This document shows, piece after piece, positions 25,055 through 36,649 of a stretch of DNA of 64,000 bases. Source of the DNA: Fistulifera solaris (Eukaryota); assembly GCA_030295235.1 (NCBI GenBank), contig AP026132.1:806001-870000 (forward strand), given 5' to 3'. Each line of letters opens with the position of its first letter. Positions within the stretch are counted from its first letter, which is position 1. A model generated the notes under the pieces. That model did not search any database. It was not told the DNA's origin and saw only the letters and a list, made by a program, of their open reading frames with translations. A program made the position numbers and the translations under genes.

Positions 25055-26683
25055 TTAACTTAGTTCAGTGATTGGAGCGTTCTCTTCCCACATTTCATGC
25101 AAGAAACGGTACATCTGACTCGACACAAATACTTTGTAAGGTTCCGGATGATCAGCACGAAGCACTTCAGGGGGCGCTGCGGAGAGTTGTAACTCGACAC
25201 GGCGGGATACTTCCATCAACGGCTGCGGGGTAACAAGGACGCGACCTTTGTCGAAGATGGGAACGTGCAGTAATTCCACTCGAGATGGGCTGACCAACAC
25301 TCGTTCTCGTGAATCGAAAGGGTGCCGACAAAGGTACTTCTCACCCACCTTGGGCTCCTGTTCTTCCCATTGCAGCAGTACATCTATAATCGGCTTGTTG
25401 TTCTTGTCCCAAAGTCGTAAAGCTCTTTTCCGACCAGGAATTAGAACCTTTTCAATATCTTGACTGAACTTGATACGAGGTATTTTGTTGATCTCGACCA
25501 GTTTGTAAACACCACCGAGGGCAGGTTGAGCTTGACAGGTTACAAGATTCGTTCCAATACCATACACTGTAATGGCGTGCGGCTTGCTGTTGAGTTGGTT
25601 TAACGTATGCTCATTGATGTCGTTGCTGGCAAGAATGTCTAAATCATTCATAAAAGGACGTTCCCTGGCGAACTCCGCGAATTTATTAGCACATTCCATG
25701 GAGAGGAAAGCCAAGTCACCCGAGTCGAGACGAATACCCACAGGCTTGTAGCCGGCATCATCCAAAGCCAATGCCACTAAGATAAAATTCAACAACCCCG
25801 ACTGAAGCGTGTCGTACGTATCCACGAGACAAAGGAATGATTCCGGAAATGCCATACCATACGCGATAAATGCAGCTAATTCTCCATCATTTGTCGTTTC
25901 GTACCGTAGTTGCTTGCGATACTGCAGTACCTTCGGATACAGAAGCGTATCGTGTGCGACTTCCTCGAGACAACTGTACGACTGCACAAAGGCATGGGCA
26001 TGCGTTCCCGCAATCTTGACATTACACAACTTTCCTGCAAGAACATTGGAAGTACCTGTGAATCCTCCCAGTAGAGCGTATTTGCTGGCACTGAATCCAC
26101 CGTCCGGTCCTTGAGCACGACGCAACCCAAACTCGAAGCAGACCGGCAGTTTGCGACACTGCGGCGGTAAGGTTGTGTCGTGTATTTGTTTCCGTTGTGC
26201 AGCCCGGACCATGCGAGCGGCATTCGTTGTCAGTAGTGTTGGATAATTGACGAGCGTGAGTAATGTCGTTTCGAGTAATTGTCCGATGGCCAACGGAGCT
26301 TCAATGATGATCAACGGAAGCTTCCCATAACACAACGTGCCTTCGGGTAGCGCTCGCACGGAGACTTCTGAAGTATCCAGCTGCGCAAGCCATACGAAGA
26401 ATTCTGCGTCGCATTTCGAAAGCGCCGGGACGGACGTGCGAAGGTAAGCAATATCGCTTTCGCTGAAAGAAAAGTGGGCAATGTGCTTGATACATTCATC
26501 CAGACCAGCAAAAACAGCAAACTCTCCTCCAAAAGGGCATTTGCGGAAGAACAGTTCGAATATAGCGGGTTCATTGTGACGTTTGTTCTTCCAATGCGCA
26601 TAAGCCATTGTAATCTGATATAGATCTGTGAGGAGAGCGGAAACGAGAGGATTCGTGGGTGCGTCGACTTGCAAAGACGCCAT
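25055..26683 (-). CDS. NAPRT: Nicotinate phosphoribosyltransferase
   Basis: LLTDLYQITM, FELFFRK, EFGLRRAQGPDGG, GTHAH, LVDTYD, GIRLDSGDL, ASNDINE, GIGTNLVTC. ATG at 26683 is preferred over the upstream ORF extension. Confidence 0.96.
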   Translation of the reverse strand: MASLQVDAPTNPLVSALLTDLYQITMAYAHWKNKRHNEPAIFELFFRKCPFGGEFAVFAGLDECIKHIAHFSFSESDIAYLRTSVPALSKCDAEFFVWLAQLDTSEVSVRALPEGTLCYGKLPLIIIEAPLAIGQLLETTLLTLVNYPTLLTTNAARMVRAAQRKQIHDTTLPPQCRKLPVCFEFGLRRAQGPDGGFSASKYALLGGFTGTSNVLAGKLCNVKIAGTHAHAFVQSYSCLEEVAHDTLLYPKVLQYRKQLRYETTNDGELAAFIAYGMAFPESFLCLVDTYDTLQSGLLNFILVALALDDAGYKPVGIRLDSGDLAFLSMECANKFAEFARERPFMNDLDILASNDINEHTLNQLNSKPHAITVYGIGTNLVTCQAQPALGGVYKLVEINKIPRIKFSQDIEKVLIPGRKRALRLWDKNNKPIIDVLLQWEEQEPKVGEKYLCRHPFDSRERVLVSPSRVELLHVPIFDKGRVLVTPQPLMEVSRRVELQLSAAPPEVLRADHPEPYKVFVSSQMYRFLHEMWEENAPITELS

Positions 26684-27157
26684 GTTATCGAGTTTTTTCG
26701 TAGTGTAAACAGGGGTGTCAAAGAGACCTGCAGATCGGTGAAGAGTATGTGTCATGCGACAAGTTTTGAAGGAATATCGATGAAGATCTGAAACGACGAA
26801 GTTGCAAGAAAACAAAACGCAGAACGTGTCTTTTTCACGTTCAGTCACGCACCCGCCTGTTTTGCACCCTCGCATCACCACTGTGACAGACAAAGCAAAG
26901 CCATTCGCAAACATCAACATAGACCGAAGAAAAAGGTTGATTGTCAACTGTCAAGTAGCGCACTCAACCTCATAGCTTCGCGAGGCTTCATAGCATCAAA
27001 ACAACGCCGCCCAGTCTTGTTAAATATCAACGAGATCGGCTTTTCCGATCCGACTACGATAAAAACCTACGTTCAAAATGCGACCGCCCTCACACAAGGT
27101 GAGGGTCGGGACCTTTTCAGATTGTTACAGAATAGTTTTTTACTAGGTCTATACTCT

Positions 27158-27877
27158 CTAGATCATCTTCTTCACCAAGTTATTGATTTCCTCACCACGA
27201 GCACCTGATTCTCCACCCTCCATAAAGTGAAGCATCTTGGTCTTGCTAGAGAAGCCGCCGGTAGGACTGGACAACTTGAAAGGCCACAAGAAGTTGTTAG
27301 CGGCCTTGAAGTTGGGTCCAACGGTGTAAATCTCGTTGATCAAATCAGCTACACAGTTGATTCCGAGAGAAGAAAGTCCTTCTTGAATGACGCTGTTGTC
27401 GGCAATGGGGATGCGTTGCTTGTTCAACTTGCCAAAGCCACGCTTGTAAATGAGCTTTTGCACAGTAGCGCGGGATGGGTAGCCGTAAGTCACATATGGC
27501 TCGATCAGTCGAAGCATGCGGATGGTAGCTTCGTTGAGTTTCACAAATGTGGCGTTGTGCAACTGACGAAGACGGAAGAGTTGCATGACCTTCTTGGCCT
27601 TGGGAGAAACACCAATAGTACCGCGAATTCGGACCACCAAGGCGAGCTTGGGTTGAGCGGGAACGTAAAAGCCACCAGTGGCCTTGGCCTTGCGGCGGTT
27701 CTCGACGAGTTCCTTTTGTTCCTTCTCGTACTCGGCATCGTATTTGGCAGCGTTGGCCTTGAAGAGGGCCAAATCGGCTTCGGCCTTCTGGGCAGCGGCG
27801 GCTTCAGCCTCCTTGGCAGCAGCAGCAATTTTAGCCTGAGTGGCTTCTTTCTTGAGAACGGATTCCGGCTTCTTCAT
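27158..27877 (-). CDS. RPL7: 60S ribosomal protein L7 (uL30)
   Basis: KPESVLKK, GGFYVPAQPKL..VVRIRG, LFRLRQLHN, LIYKRGFGK, NNFLWPFKLSSP; strong codon bias. Confidence 0.97.
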   Translation of the reverse strand: MKKPESVLKKEATQAKIAAAAKEAEAAAAQKAEADLALFKANAAKYDAEYEKEQKELVENRRKAKATGGFYVPAQPKLALVVRIRGTIGVSPKAKKVMQLFRLRQLHNATFVKLNEATIRMLRLIEPYVTYGYPSRATVQKLIYKRGFGKLNKQRIPIADNSVIQEGLSSLGINCVADLINEIYTVGPNFKAANNFLWPFKLSSPTGGFSSKTKMLHFMEGGESGARGEEINNLVKKMI

Positions 27878-28519
27878 TTTGATTGTTGTTATTGAGCAAG
27901 TTACAAAGAGATGCAAGTGAGTGCAGATAATATTTCGTCGTTTTCTTGCGGTCACGAAAATAGTAAAGAGAGGTAAGCGGTAAAGAGATGTAACCGGATG
28001 ACAGACAGACTCTTCACGACTGAAGTAGCGTTTAGTCGTTAGTCGGGTAGTGCGAATTGCGAATACTAATCTAGAGCTATAGAGGGAAAAAATTTCACCG
28101 TTAGCCTGCAAAACATACCACGAAAATAGGCATTCTGATTAGAGTATGAGAATAGCTGATATAATTAATATAGCACTAAATGCTTGAAAATTCATTCTCT
28201 TATCGGAGAAACATAGCTTCGTTCATTACAATCGAACTCTCCCGACCATAATACGACACTATTTTTTCATTTAATCTAGTTGCAAGGCGGCACGGGTAGG
28301 GTAATTACAAGACACTTCGCATGCCAAAATGTAGGTGATTTTCTTTGACGCAAAATCGTTTCGTTTCCGGCATTGAAAGCACATCATCAAAAGCTCAAAG
28401 TGTGCTCCGAAACTGCTCGATAGCGTTAACTCAAGCTTTAGTTCATAACCACAATATTACTCTCATGTTAATGTATAAGATTCAATGTTACATACAGCAG
28501 CGGAGATAGTTCGCAAGCT

Positions 28520-29473
28520 TCACCGAAATCTCAACGCACTTGTATCGAATGCTCGATCCGGAGCCCACCTAATTTTGCGTTCCTTACGAAACGACACAAG
28601 GTCTGTGAAAGACTGTCGACAGCAGGGGCAAGGCGTTCCGTCTTGTTTTGAATGTACAAGCCAATCGACCAGGCAGTCCTCATGGAAAGCATGCGAGCAT
28701 TCCGGATTGCTACTCCAAACAACGGGATCGTCGACGCAGTAATTTCCCAAGCAAATGGCACATTGGTTCGGTACTCGTCCAGCTTCTTCGCCATTCACAT
28801 TTCGCAATATTAGGCTCCCAAACATATTGGATGCTGTCGTCATATCCCATGCTGCATGTTCTTCGCTACGGTCCTGCGCAAAATCAGAGTCTAGCTTCAT
28901 CGCCTCGGGGATGGTGAAAACAATATTCGCTTCTTCGTTATTCTCATTTCCTTCTGCAATCATATCCGAATTTATAAGTACGTCACTATTTCTTTGGTGA
29001 TGATGATCCGCCTCTGCAACCAGGTCATCCTTTTTCACAACCTGGCGAAGTTCAAAACAAGTAAGAATAACAACACATCTCGAAATTCAATAGCTGTGGA
29101 ACCTTACCATTCGCACTTGATTACGTCGCAAAGACTGAGTGATTGCCGCCTGTCGTTCTTGAGGAGACATCTGCCGTCTAGCCTCTCGTTCCGCATTTCT
29201 TTGTTGTAGTCGCTGAGCATACCGCAAGTCCGATTGCCTTACTTGTGTAAGACCCTTGTACCCTCCACAACACCAGAGCCACGAGCATACAGATATCAAA
29301 AGGGTCAAAATAAAGGCGTTCACGCTCCAGAAAACTAGAGGATCTGTCTCGTGTTCCAAATCTGCGTCTGAGTTTTCAGCTTCCGCAAGACTCCTTAAAA
29401 AAGTCGACGAGACGGCCACCGACATTGTGGCTTCGATGGAGACGAGCAACGCTATTTTATAAGCTTGAAGCAT
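28520..29473 (-). CDS. Transmembrane RING-H2 E3 ubiquitin ligase (ATL-like), 2 exons
   Basis: TM LVFWSVNAFILTLLISVCSWLW, intron 29042-29107, CAIC..CSHAFHEDC..W..CPCCR. The start may instead be 29425. Confidence 0.88.
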
Positions 29474-30071
29474 GTTTATTGAATGAATGCAAGAGTTAAT
29501 CCCCGATTTCGTCGAAATATTAGAATCAGAAGACTAATAATGAGTTGAGCGAATTCTCTAAAAACAATGTTCTCTGCAAATGGAACGCATTTCGCATTTC
29601 TTGACAGGAGGGAGGAGAACGCGGAAAACGCAGGCGAAAAAAAGGCACACTTTTTCATTGTCGCACTTTTTGCACCTTTTCCTGCTGTCGTCATCAAAAA
29701 AATCTGTTTGAATCGCGGGTCTTACCGGGTAAAAGATTACATATCAGAAAACCACTTCATGTCTTACCAGGAATTAGAGAAGGATAAAGCTAACCTTGGA
29801 GCTAACTAGCTGCTAAAAAGCCAGTCCTTCTTGCTTTCTTTGTTTGAGAGGAGACACTAGGGAGGTTAGTCTTTGATAGCGACTGAATTAGTTGCCTGTT
29901 AAATTAGTATGCTAGTGACTAGCGAACAGCGCTGGGCAATGAAAAATCACATCGTCATACATCCGAAATACACGTCGTTATAGAAATCATCACCGCACTA
30001 AAAAGAAAATAGTCACAAGAAACGAACTTCTAGATGAAAATTGGGATCAATATGCACTTTGGCCCATGTGC

Positions 30072-31265
30072 TCACAGCGAGCACGAATGACTCCCCGCCA
30101 TGTCGTGACTGGGAACAAAACCCTCCTCATAAGCACTAGACGTGTAACTGTGGATAAGCACTTCCTCCCCATAGTCTTCTTCGTGGTCATGCGTGCTATA
30201 ACTCGTCGAAAGCGTAGCTTGCTTCGCAATTATTCCGTCGTCGCTATGTTCGTGACTCCCTTTTTTAAGCTTTCGCAGCTTCCCATCAGATCCCCATAAC
30301 TGTAACTCTTGCAATGCTTGTATTGTGAATACACACGACCCGGTTCTTCTTTCTTGTCGCACTGTCGTTGGAGGAGCTTTCACCAGATTATCGTGTTGAT
30401 CCTCTTCACTTCCATCCAGACGACGCTCACTTTCTTGTAAGCGTTCAACCAGCTGTACCACATCATCTGGTTCATCGACATCATACATAACTCTCCCTAC
30501 GGTCACGCGTACGTCCTCGTCTGTCAGAGCTTTGAGTTGCGACGCCAAAGTCAAGGGATCGGACCACCTTACTCCCGCAAAGATCCGTTCAGCCGGTGCA
30601 TGATGAGGAACCGACAAGAGACCATAGCCGCCATCGGCAGAGGGACATACCCGCGCGCGTTTGTAATCTTCCAGTGCATACGCGAGCTCATCGAGGGGGA
30701 TATCAGGAGTGTCCATGCCGACAAATATGACTGGACCATCGCTTTTCAGTTTTCGAAGTCTTAGCCGAACTCGATGCAGTGCATTTTCCAGGATGTCACT
30801 CAAGTATGAACTTTTGAGGTTCAGAGGCTTCGAAGATGAGTGGTCGATAGGATCTCCTTCGCTGTTGAGCTTTTCATTCGACATGGGCAAAAGAGTCCAC
30901 GCATCGGGGTTCCAGGATTGTGTGTGTTTTCTATCGCTTTTCGAGCTTTTGTAACTCTTCGTGCTCATGACTTCACTGGCATCGTTATCATCTGTTCGTT
31001 GTCGAGGAATACCAAAACGATCCAGCAAGTTTTCCATTGTCAGTTTTCCAACATCGGTAGGGGGAGCGTAGAGCAAAATCCGATCAAAATTCTTCTCTGT
31101 TTCCGCTTGCGTTAAGGCCGTCAAAACATCCGCCAGCATAGCCGTTGCAAGTTGGGCAGAACCATCGACACCGGTAAGGGGAATGAGGCGGGTCTTGCTC
31201 CTTCCGGGAATTGGGCATTTCGCAACGACAACCACGCTACCAGATACAGTCGGAGCTCTTCGCAT
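30072..31265 (-). CDS. DUF2064 / TIGR04282-family CofC-like nucleotide-diphospho-sugar transferase
   Basis: VVAKCPIPGRSKTRL, FVGMDTPDI, CPSADGGYGLL, IFAGVRWS and YDVDEPDD match the family pattern. Intronless. Confidence 0.82.
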   Translation of the reverse strand: MRRAPTVSGSVVVVAKCPIPGRSKTRLIPLTGVDGSAQLATAMLADVLTALTQAETEKNFDRILLYAPPTDVGKLTMENLLDRFGIPRQRTDDNDASEVMSTKSYKSSKSDRKHTQSWNPDAWTLLPMSNEKLNSEGDPIDHSSSKPLNLKSSYLSDILENALHRVRLRLRKLKSDGPVIFVGMDTPDIPLDELAYALEDYKRARVCPSADGGYGLLSVPHHAPAERIFAGVRWSDPLTLASQLKALTDEDVRVTVGRVMYDVDEPDDVVQLVERLQESERRLDGSEEDQHDNLVKAPPTTVRQERRTGSCVFTIQALQELQLWGSDGKLRKLKKGSHEHSDDGIIAKQATLSTSYSTHDHEEDYGEEVLIHSYTSSAYEEGFVPSHDMAGSHSCSL

Positions 31266-32152
31266 TTTGATTTACGTTTTGCGGGTGTGCTTGTTATGTT
31301 GGTCCGCTTCAACAATGGCGTTTGGCGATCTTGAGAATTTTCATCGCCGCAAAAATGAGATCGCCGGATTTTTCAACCGATGTCTCATCGACTTCTTCTC
31401 TTTGTTTGTACTTAGCACAAATGTACCACTCGGCACTCTTATGAATAATTTATTTAGGAGCCAAACAACATATGTGACTGGGAAAACTCACTAACCTTAT
31501 AGAGCAGGATGCAGGATGTAGGATGTAGAATGTAGACCTAGTGGTGACACCGAATCCGACTTAAACCAATCCAGTCCCGGACAGGGACAAAACCGACAAA
31601 TAATTATATAAACCGATCGAACTTTCTGCTGCTTTAGCATTGACTAGCTTATTACTACAAACTGAATGAATCAATGTCGTTTGTTGCCGTCGGTGGTTGG
31701 TTTTAATAACATCTGTGGCGATCCAACCAGTATTAGTTTTCGGTGCTAGGGTCTACTGGTGAGGCCACAAATCAGGCCAACCGGCGCGTCGGAAAACTTT
31801 CGGTTTTTTCAAGAAAGGATCTTTTATAATCTCCTTACTGAAATTGCGATTACTAGTGCTGAAAGCCGAAATCTGAAACCTTCCCGGTCAAAGCTGGATT
31901 TATGAGGTTGTGCCAACTGCAAGAACTACCTGGTACCGACCGTTAATGAAGCTCCCTTCAACGTGCTTTTAAGACACCGCTATTCACAGTAACAAAACGA
32001 TATACGAAGATTCTGACGTGAAACTAAAAGTTACTGGTTTTCGCTGTATCGAAAAACAACCACTTTATAGAGAAGGAAACAGACCATCATCATAGAGAAT
32101 ACGAATGTGAGGTACAAACTCAACCCGTTCTCATCAATCAACAACTCCTCGA

Positions 32153-33873
32153 TCACATGCCTCGAAAAGAGAATGAGACGTCGTCTTTGAAATCTATATT
32201 GTGCATGCCAGATGTGTTAAGTCGGGCTCGTTTGGAACGGCCGTGAGAGTGCCGCGACGGACGCTTCTGCTTGCGACTTGACACAACAGGCACCACTTTC
32301 TTCACGGCAGTCGACGATGGACTGACTAATTTGAAGGGAGAGCATTGCGGTTCCGTGGCGTGGCTGCTTCTCGATAGACTACACGCTGTCTTTCCATCAG
32401 ATGCATTAGCAATTTCAAATGCCGACGGATTCTTTCGATTGTTCTTCGACTTCGAAACATTCACGCGTCGTTTCTTTTCATGGGATCTTGACTCATGCTA
32501 TCTTGCGTCGCAGATCCGAAACTACTGCTACAGCTTTCAAACTCTTGATATTGCACTTTCTTCGATGACAATGGCTTGGCAGTCGGTGATCGTTTCTTGC
32601 GCGGAGTCATGAAGTTCAGAGCGAAGTCGTCCCGAGCTAGTTCGGCAACTTTCCTTCCCGAAGCTTTACCCTTCAAGTATCCACTCAGCGAACGGAGTGC
32701 ACCAGCTTGAAGATTGGTGATCGAAGCCAATGCCATGTCCTTGGCTTGACGAGCTTGCGCAATGATATCCTTACCAACGGCCAGGAGATGGTTCTTTTCC
32801 ATCTCAAGAGAACGGAGAATGGTGGAATGCTCGCCTCGTATTTCCTCGATCGCTTCCTTTTTGACACGGTCTACATCCATTCGGATCTGCTTTTGGGCTT
32901 CTTTCATGTTCGATTGATACAGTGTCATGTATTCGGCTTGAAGACTGGGATCAAAGTAATTCTCTTTCGCCTCGGCGATGATATCCGATTTGCATTGCTC
33001 GCCCGTAGTAGCAAGACTCTTTTCGAGATCTCTGGCACGACCAGTCAATACCTCTAGCATCGCTTCTTCTTTCTGCTTCAAGAAAGCCTCTTTTTCATCC
33101 ACAAAGCGTTGAAACTCGACTTTCAGTGACGCTTTCGTGGCAGCAAATTGCTCGGGCTCCAAGGTCACCACCGATCGCGTACCCAAGGAAGCGCTGGAAG
33201 GTTTCCCCGCGGTATTCGTTAGGCTGCGCTGCCCAAGAGTTTGATTGTTCTGAAAGATGCTACCGGACAAAGACGAAGTTCCGCCGACCGATTTCTGCGA
33301 GGAAACGCCATTGTGAATTTCTGGGCGATGGAGGGCTGCCGTGGGCTTGAAAGGAGTCTGCATCACTTGCTGTTTTGCTCGCTGTAGCGCGTTGCGTCCG
33401 TGGCGGACTGGACTTTTGGGAGTTGCAGATACGGTACGGGAAGCAGATGTCAAAGCCGGGTGTTGACCGGAAGGGACCAACGGGATACTTCGACGGGCAT
33501 TCGACTCGACGGAGGAGACCCGACAAGCTGGTTGATTACGAGCGTGTTCATGTGCATGTGAATTACTCCATTTTTCTGACGAATTCTCCTGTAAAGTCGT
33601 GTCGCGGCGAGGATTGCAGTGAGGTTTTGAGGCGCGCGATGTTCGCAAGGATGAATCGAGTGAAAGCTGTGACATTTCGACCTGTGATTGCAATTTGAAG
33701 GACACATGATGGGTAGGAGGAGCCGGTAGTGTCTGATTCTGTCGTAGATTTGATGTATTCGGATGCGATCCTGTCATTGCAGACTTTTTGCGTTGAAGCA
33801 ATGACAGCGTCGCCTGACGACTATGCATCGACATGGGCGTCCATTCCGGTCGTCGCGGTGCTGTCGACGTCAT
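32153..33873 (-). CDS. Hypothetical protein (disordered N-terminus, central coiled coil, basic C-terminus); frameshift near 32475
   Basis: A 470-aa ORF continues into a 103-aa ORF across an A run. Heptad-rich helical middle. Confidence 0.65.
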
Positions 33874-34423
33874 TTATCTGCGGTGATATAAAGTAGAGGA
33901 CAAAAAAGCTACAAATGATATATGCGCTTATCGCTTCTATTGCAAAGACGAATTTTATGTGTGCAGTTGTGATGCAAGAGCGTTCGTTTGAAGCAATCCA
34001 CCGTGAATCGCGGACATCATGGATGCGATCTTCGCCAGAACGCTTTTTTCCTCGTTTTTTTGCGCTTCGTTTAAAACGTCTTCAATCTTGTTTTCGAGTC
34101 TTATGGTACATCCAATATAATAGTCAATCTCAACTATAGCATAAAGTGATGGTTGTGTGTCATTTCAATTTTCAAAGGCTAATTATCTTGCCGCTGTGCG
34201 ACACTGTTTGAAACGTGCATCCAACAAAAGTTTTCCTCCCAAAAGTACCGGTAGTTTGGCATTCCATTGCAAAACTTCCAACCTACATTACATTCGGCGT
34301 GAAGTTCCTTCCTTGTGGAGATGAAGATGAAACAATGATGCTCAACGATTACAATTGAATTCATGTATAAAGTATTCACGGCGAGGTAACCGCTTAGTTA
34401 GATGGGCTGTGCAAAGAAAGAAA

Positions 34424-34972
34424 ATGAGCAAATATGAACTACAAGAGCTCGCACAAGATGCTTCCGGAATTTCGTATTCAGAGTCGACGCTGGCGTTAGA
34501 ATTATCACCAAACATGTACGAGCGCTGGGGAACCGAAGGATGGATGCTGTTATCGAAACTCTTTTACGATCGAGTCTTTGCTGATACCGCGGCACCCTGG
34601 TTCAAAAGCATATTCGCTAGTAGCACGAAAGATGAAGCCATTAACAATCAATACCGATTTTTCGTTCAAACGTTCGGAGGACCGGATCTATACCGTGAAG
34701 CCAAAGGGCAAAAACACACTCGACTGGTGGGCCGACATGCAAACTACGCTATAGGGCACCGTGCCGCCGAGCGCTGGATTCATCATATGGAAGCGGCGCT
34801 TGACGATCATCCACTGCTGCAGCCTTCAAGTCAGCGAGATAACAAACAAGTGAAACACGCTCTGCGGTCCTATTTTCGATATACAGCCCATTATATTGTA
34901 GTAGCTAGTGAATATATGCGCTCCGATCAGTTAAGTGGAGGAACATCAGTCGATCCGGGCCGAGTATGGTAA
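34424..34972 (+). CDS. Truncated (2/2) haemoglobin, group II, plant GLB3-like
   Basis: FYDRVFAD..WFKSIF..KDEAINNQYRFFVQTFGGPDLY, LVGRH, AAERWIHHMEAAL. Confidence 0.9.
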   Translation: MSKYELQELAQDASGISYSESTLALELSPNMYERWGTEGWMLLSKLFYDRVFADTAAPWFKSIFASSTKDEAINNQYRFFVQTFGGPDLYREAKGQKHTRLVGRHANYAIGHRAAERWIHHMEAALDDHPLLQPSSQRDNKQVKHALRSYFRYTAHYIVVASEYMRSDQLSGGTSVDPGRVW

Positions 34973-35037
34973 TTTCCATTCTTTCCAAAATTGCCTTTTA
35001 AGCTTTAAAACACTATGTTACAAATTCAAGAAACATT

Positions 35038-36255
35038 CTACTCACTCCAGAGCGTGATTCCATCAGCGAATAGATCGGGATCATCCATCGCAGCTTTCCA
35101 GAATGCCTCATTTAGTCGAACGGTTATGCTTTGCCACTGATTACGAGCTCGATGCCACCATACAGCAGGGACGGCTACTGTCACTGCCCCGTACGCGGCA
35201 ATGGCTGGTGCTAAAGCCGGCTGAACCGTGAGTAAGGATGCCTGTGCGGTATAACCAAGCCAACCCCATAAGCCAGCTGCGGGAACGGCAACTTGCGTGG
35301 CAGCAGCCACCCCGGCTATTGTAGCAGCACTCTTTATTTGACCTAGCGCCGTCCACGTCAACCACGAAACTGCTTGCATCGTAGCCCAAGTTCCAGTTTT
35401 GCACCAAACTGCAACACATTCACTGTTCGCATAAAACCAAGCATACTCTGGAAGAAGCGCTGTTGGTGAACCTTCGTGGCTCGCATCGACGATTTCATCG
35501 GCTGCATGTTCTAAAAGGAATTGCACACGTGCTCGAATCAATCCAGGTGCATCCGATTTTGCTGCCGTGCAGGTACCGCTGGATGAGAACAAGTGGCGCT
35601 GTATTGGTGCTCCGTAAATGACTTTTTGCCAATGTTGCGCGGGAGACTCGTACACCCTTAGGCCGTCTTTTCGTTTCTTTTGAGGCGACGAAAGAATAAC
35701 GCGTGGAGATTCGGGCAGGATGGCTTGCACATCTTCCGGATGCCGCGAAAAGTCAAACACTTTCAACATCCAAGCGCATTCATCTCCATCTTCTTCCGGA
35801 TTTATCTTCCAAATATCCAAAACAATAGCATGGTGCTGAAACGGAATCAAGGCAAAAGTACATCGTCGATACACGTGATCTCCCATTTGCAGTGGAGGAA
35901 CTGTCGAGAAGTTTGAGGTGGATTCTTCTTGGGGTGTCGCTTCTGCCGGGGGTATTGTGTTTGTTGTTGCGATGGGTTCCGGCGTATCTTCGGGAGACTT
36001 GCTGCTTGATGTATTTCTTTCAGTGCTGTTGGGGGAAGCATCGATAAGTAAAGAAGCGCCCTTTGTCGTGTCTGTGTGTTGAGTAGTCTGAAACTTTGTC
36101 TCTCCATGAGATGTAATTGAATTACCAGAAATTGCTGACAAGTTTAATGCTTCCATTTGTTCTAAGAACGAAGTAGAATTTTGCGGTGTGCAGCCTTCGT
36201 TCTCATCATCTGCTTCAAGTAGTTCTTGCTGCTCCCCAAACAAATCTCTATTCAT
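35038..36255 (-). CDS. LRAT/permuted NlpC-P60 domain protein with hydrophobic C-terminus
   Basis: GDHVYR, HHAIV, Y..ANSECVAVWCKTG. Confidence 0.72.
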   Translation of the reverse strand: MNRDLFGEQQELLEADDENEGCTPQNSTSFLEQMEALNLSAISGNSITSHGETKFQTTQHTDTTKGASLLIDASPNSTERNTSSSKSPEDTPEPIATTNTIPPAEATPQEESTSNFSTVPPLQMGDHVYRRCTFALIPFQHHAIVLDIWKINPEEDGDECAWMLKVFDFSRHPEDVQAILPESPRVILSSPQKKRKDGLRVYESPAQHWQKVIYGAPIQRHLFSSSGTCTAAKSDAPGLIRARVQFLLEHAADEIVDASHEGSPTALLPEYAWFYANSECVAVWCKTGTWATMQAVSWLTWTALGQIKSAATIAGVAAATQVAVPAAGLWGWLGYTAQASLLTVQPALAPAIAAYGAVTVAVPAVWWHRARNQWQSITVRLNEAFWKAAMDDPDLFADGITLWSE

Positions 36256-36649
36256 TCTTCTCGATTTAAAGGATGTACCTGGTAGCTCATTGACATGCCT
36301 AAAGTAACATCTACTCGTATAACTATGGTGATCGTCGCTGTGTCGCGATTTTAAGGAACGACCCTTAGCTTCACCGCCGCTGTTAAGTTTTAGTCACGCT
36401 TTCACACGAACGAAGACTGGCGATCGACGTACACAACAAGGACACTCAAAGGTTGTTTTAATCAATAGAAAGCTAGAAAAAACAGATTAAGTAAAAGTAT
36501 TTCTGATTTCCGTTGCAAAGAAGGCGTGCGCTCAATGATTTCTCGAAACAATCGCCACTTTTTGGAACTTGTGATAGACGGCCATCAAGAAGAACACCAA
36601 CATCAACGCAAAGAAGTTCATCAGGCCATCAAGTAGTCGAGATACGAAA

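Noticed and set aside
27227..27895. 222-aa antisense ORF over RPL7
   Set aside because: This is the expected shadow of strong codon bias in a highly expressed gene, with no recognisable domain.
31504..31536. Short (C/T)AG(G/A)ATG heptamer run
   Set aside because: A four-to-five-copy degenerate microsatellite, not telomeric, with no evidence of function.
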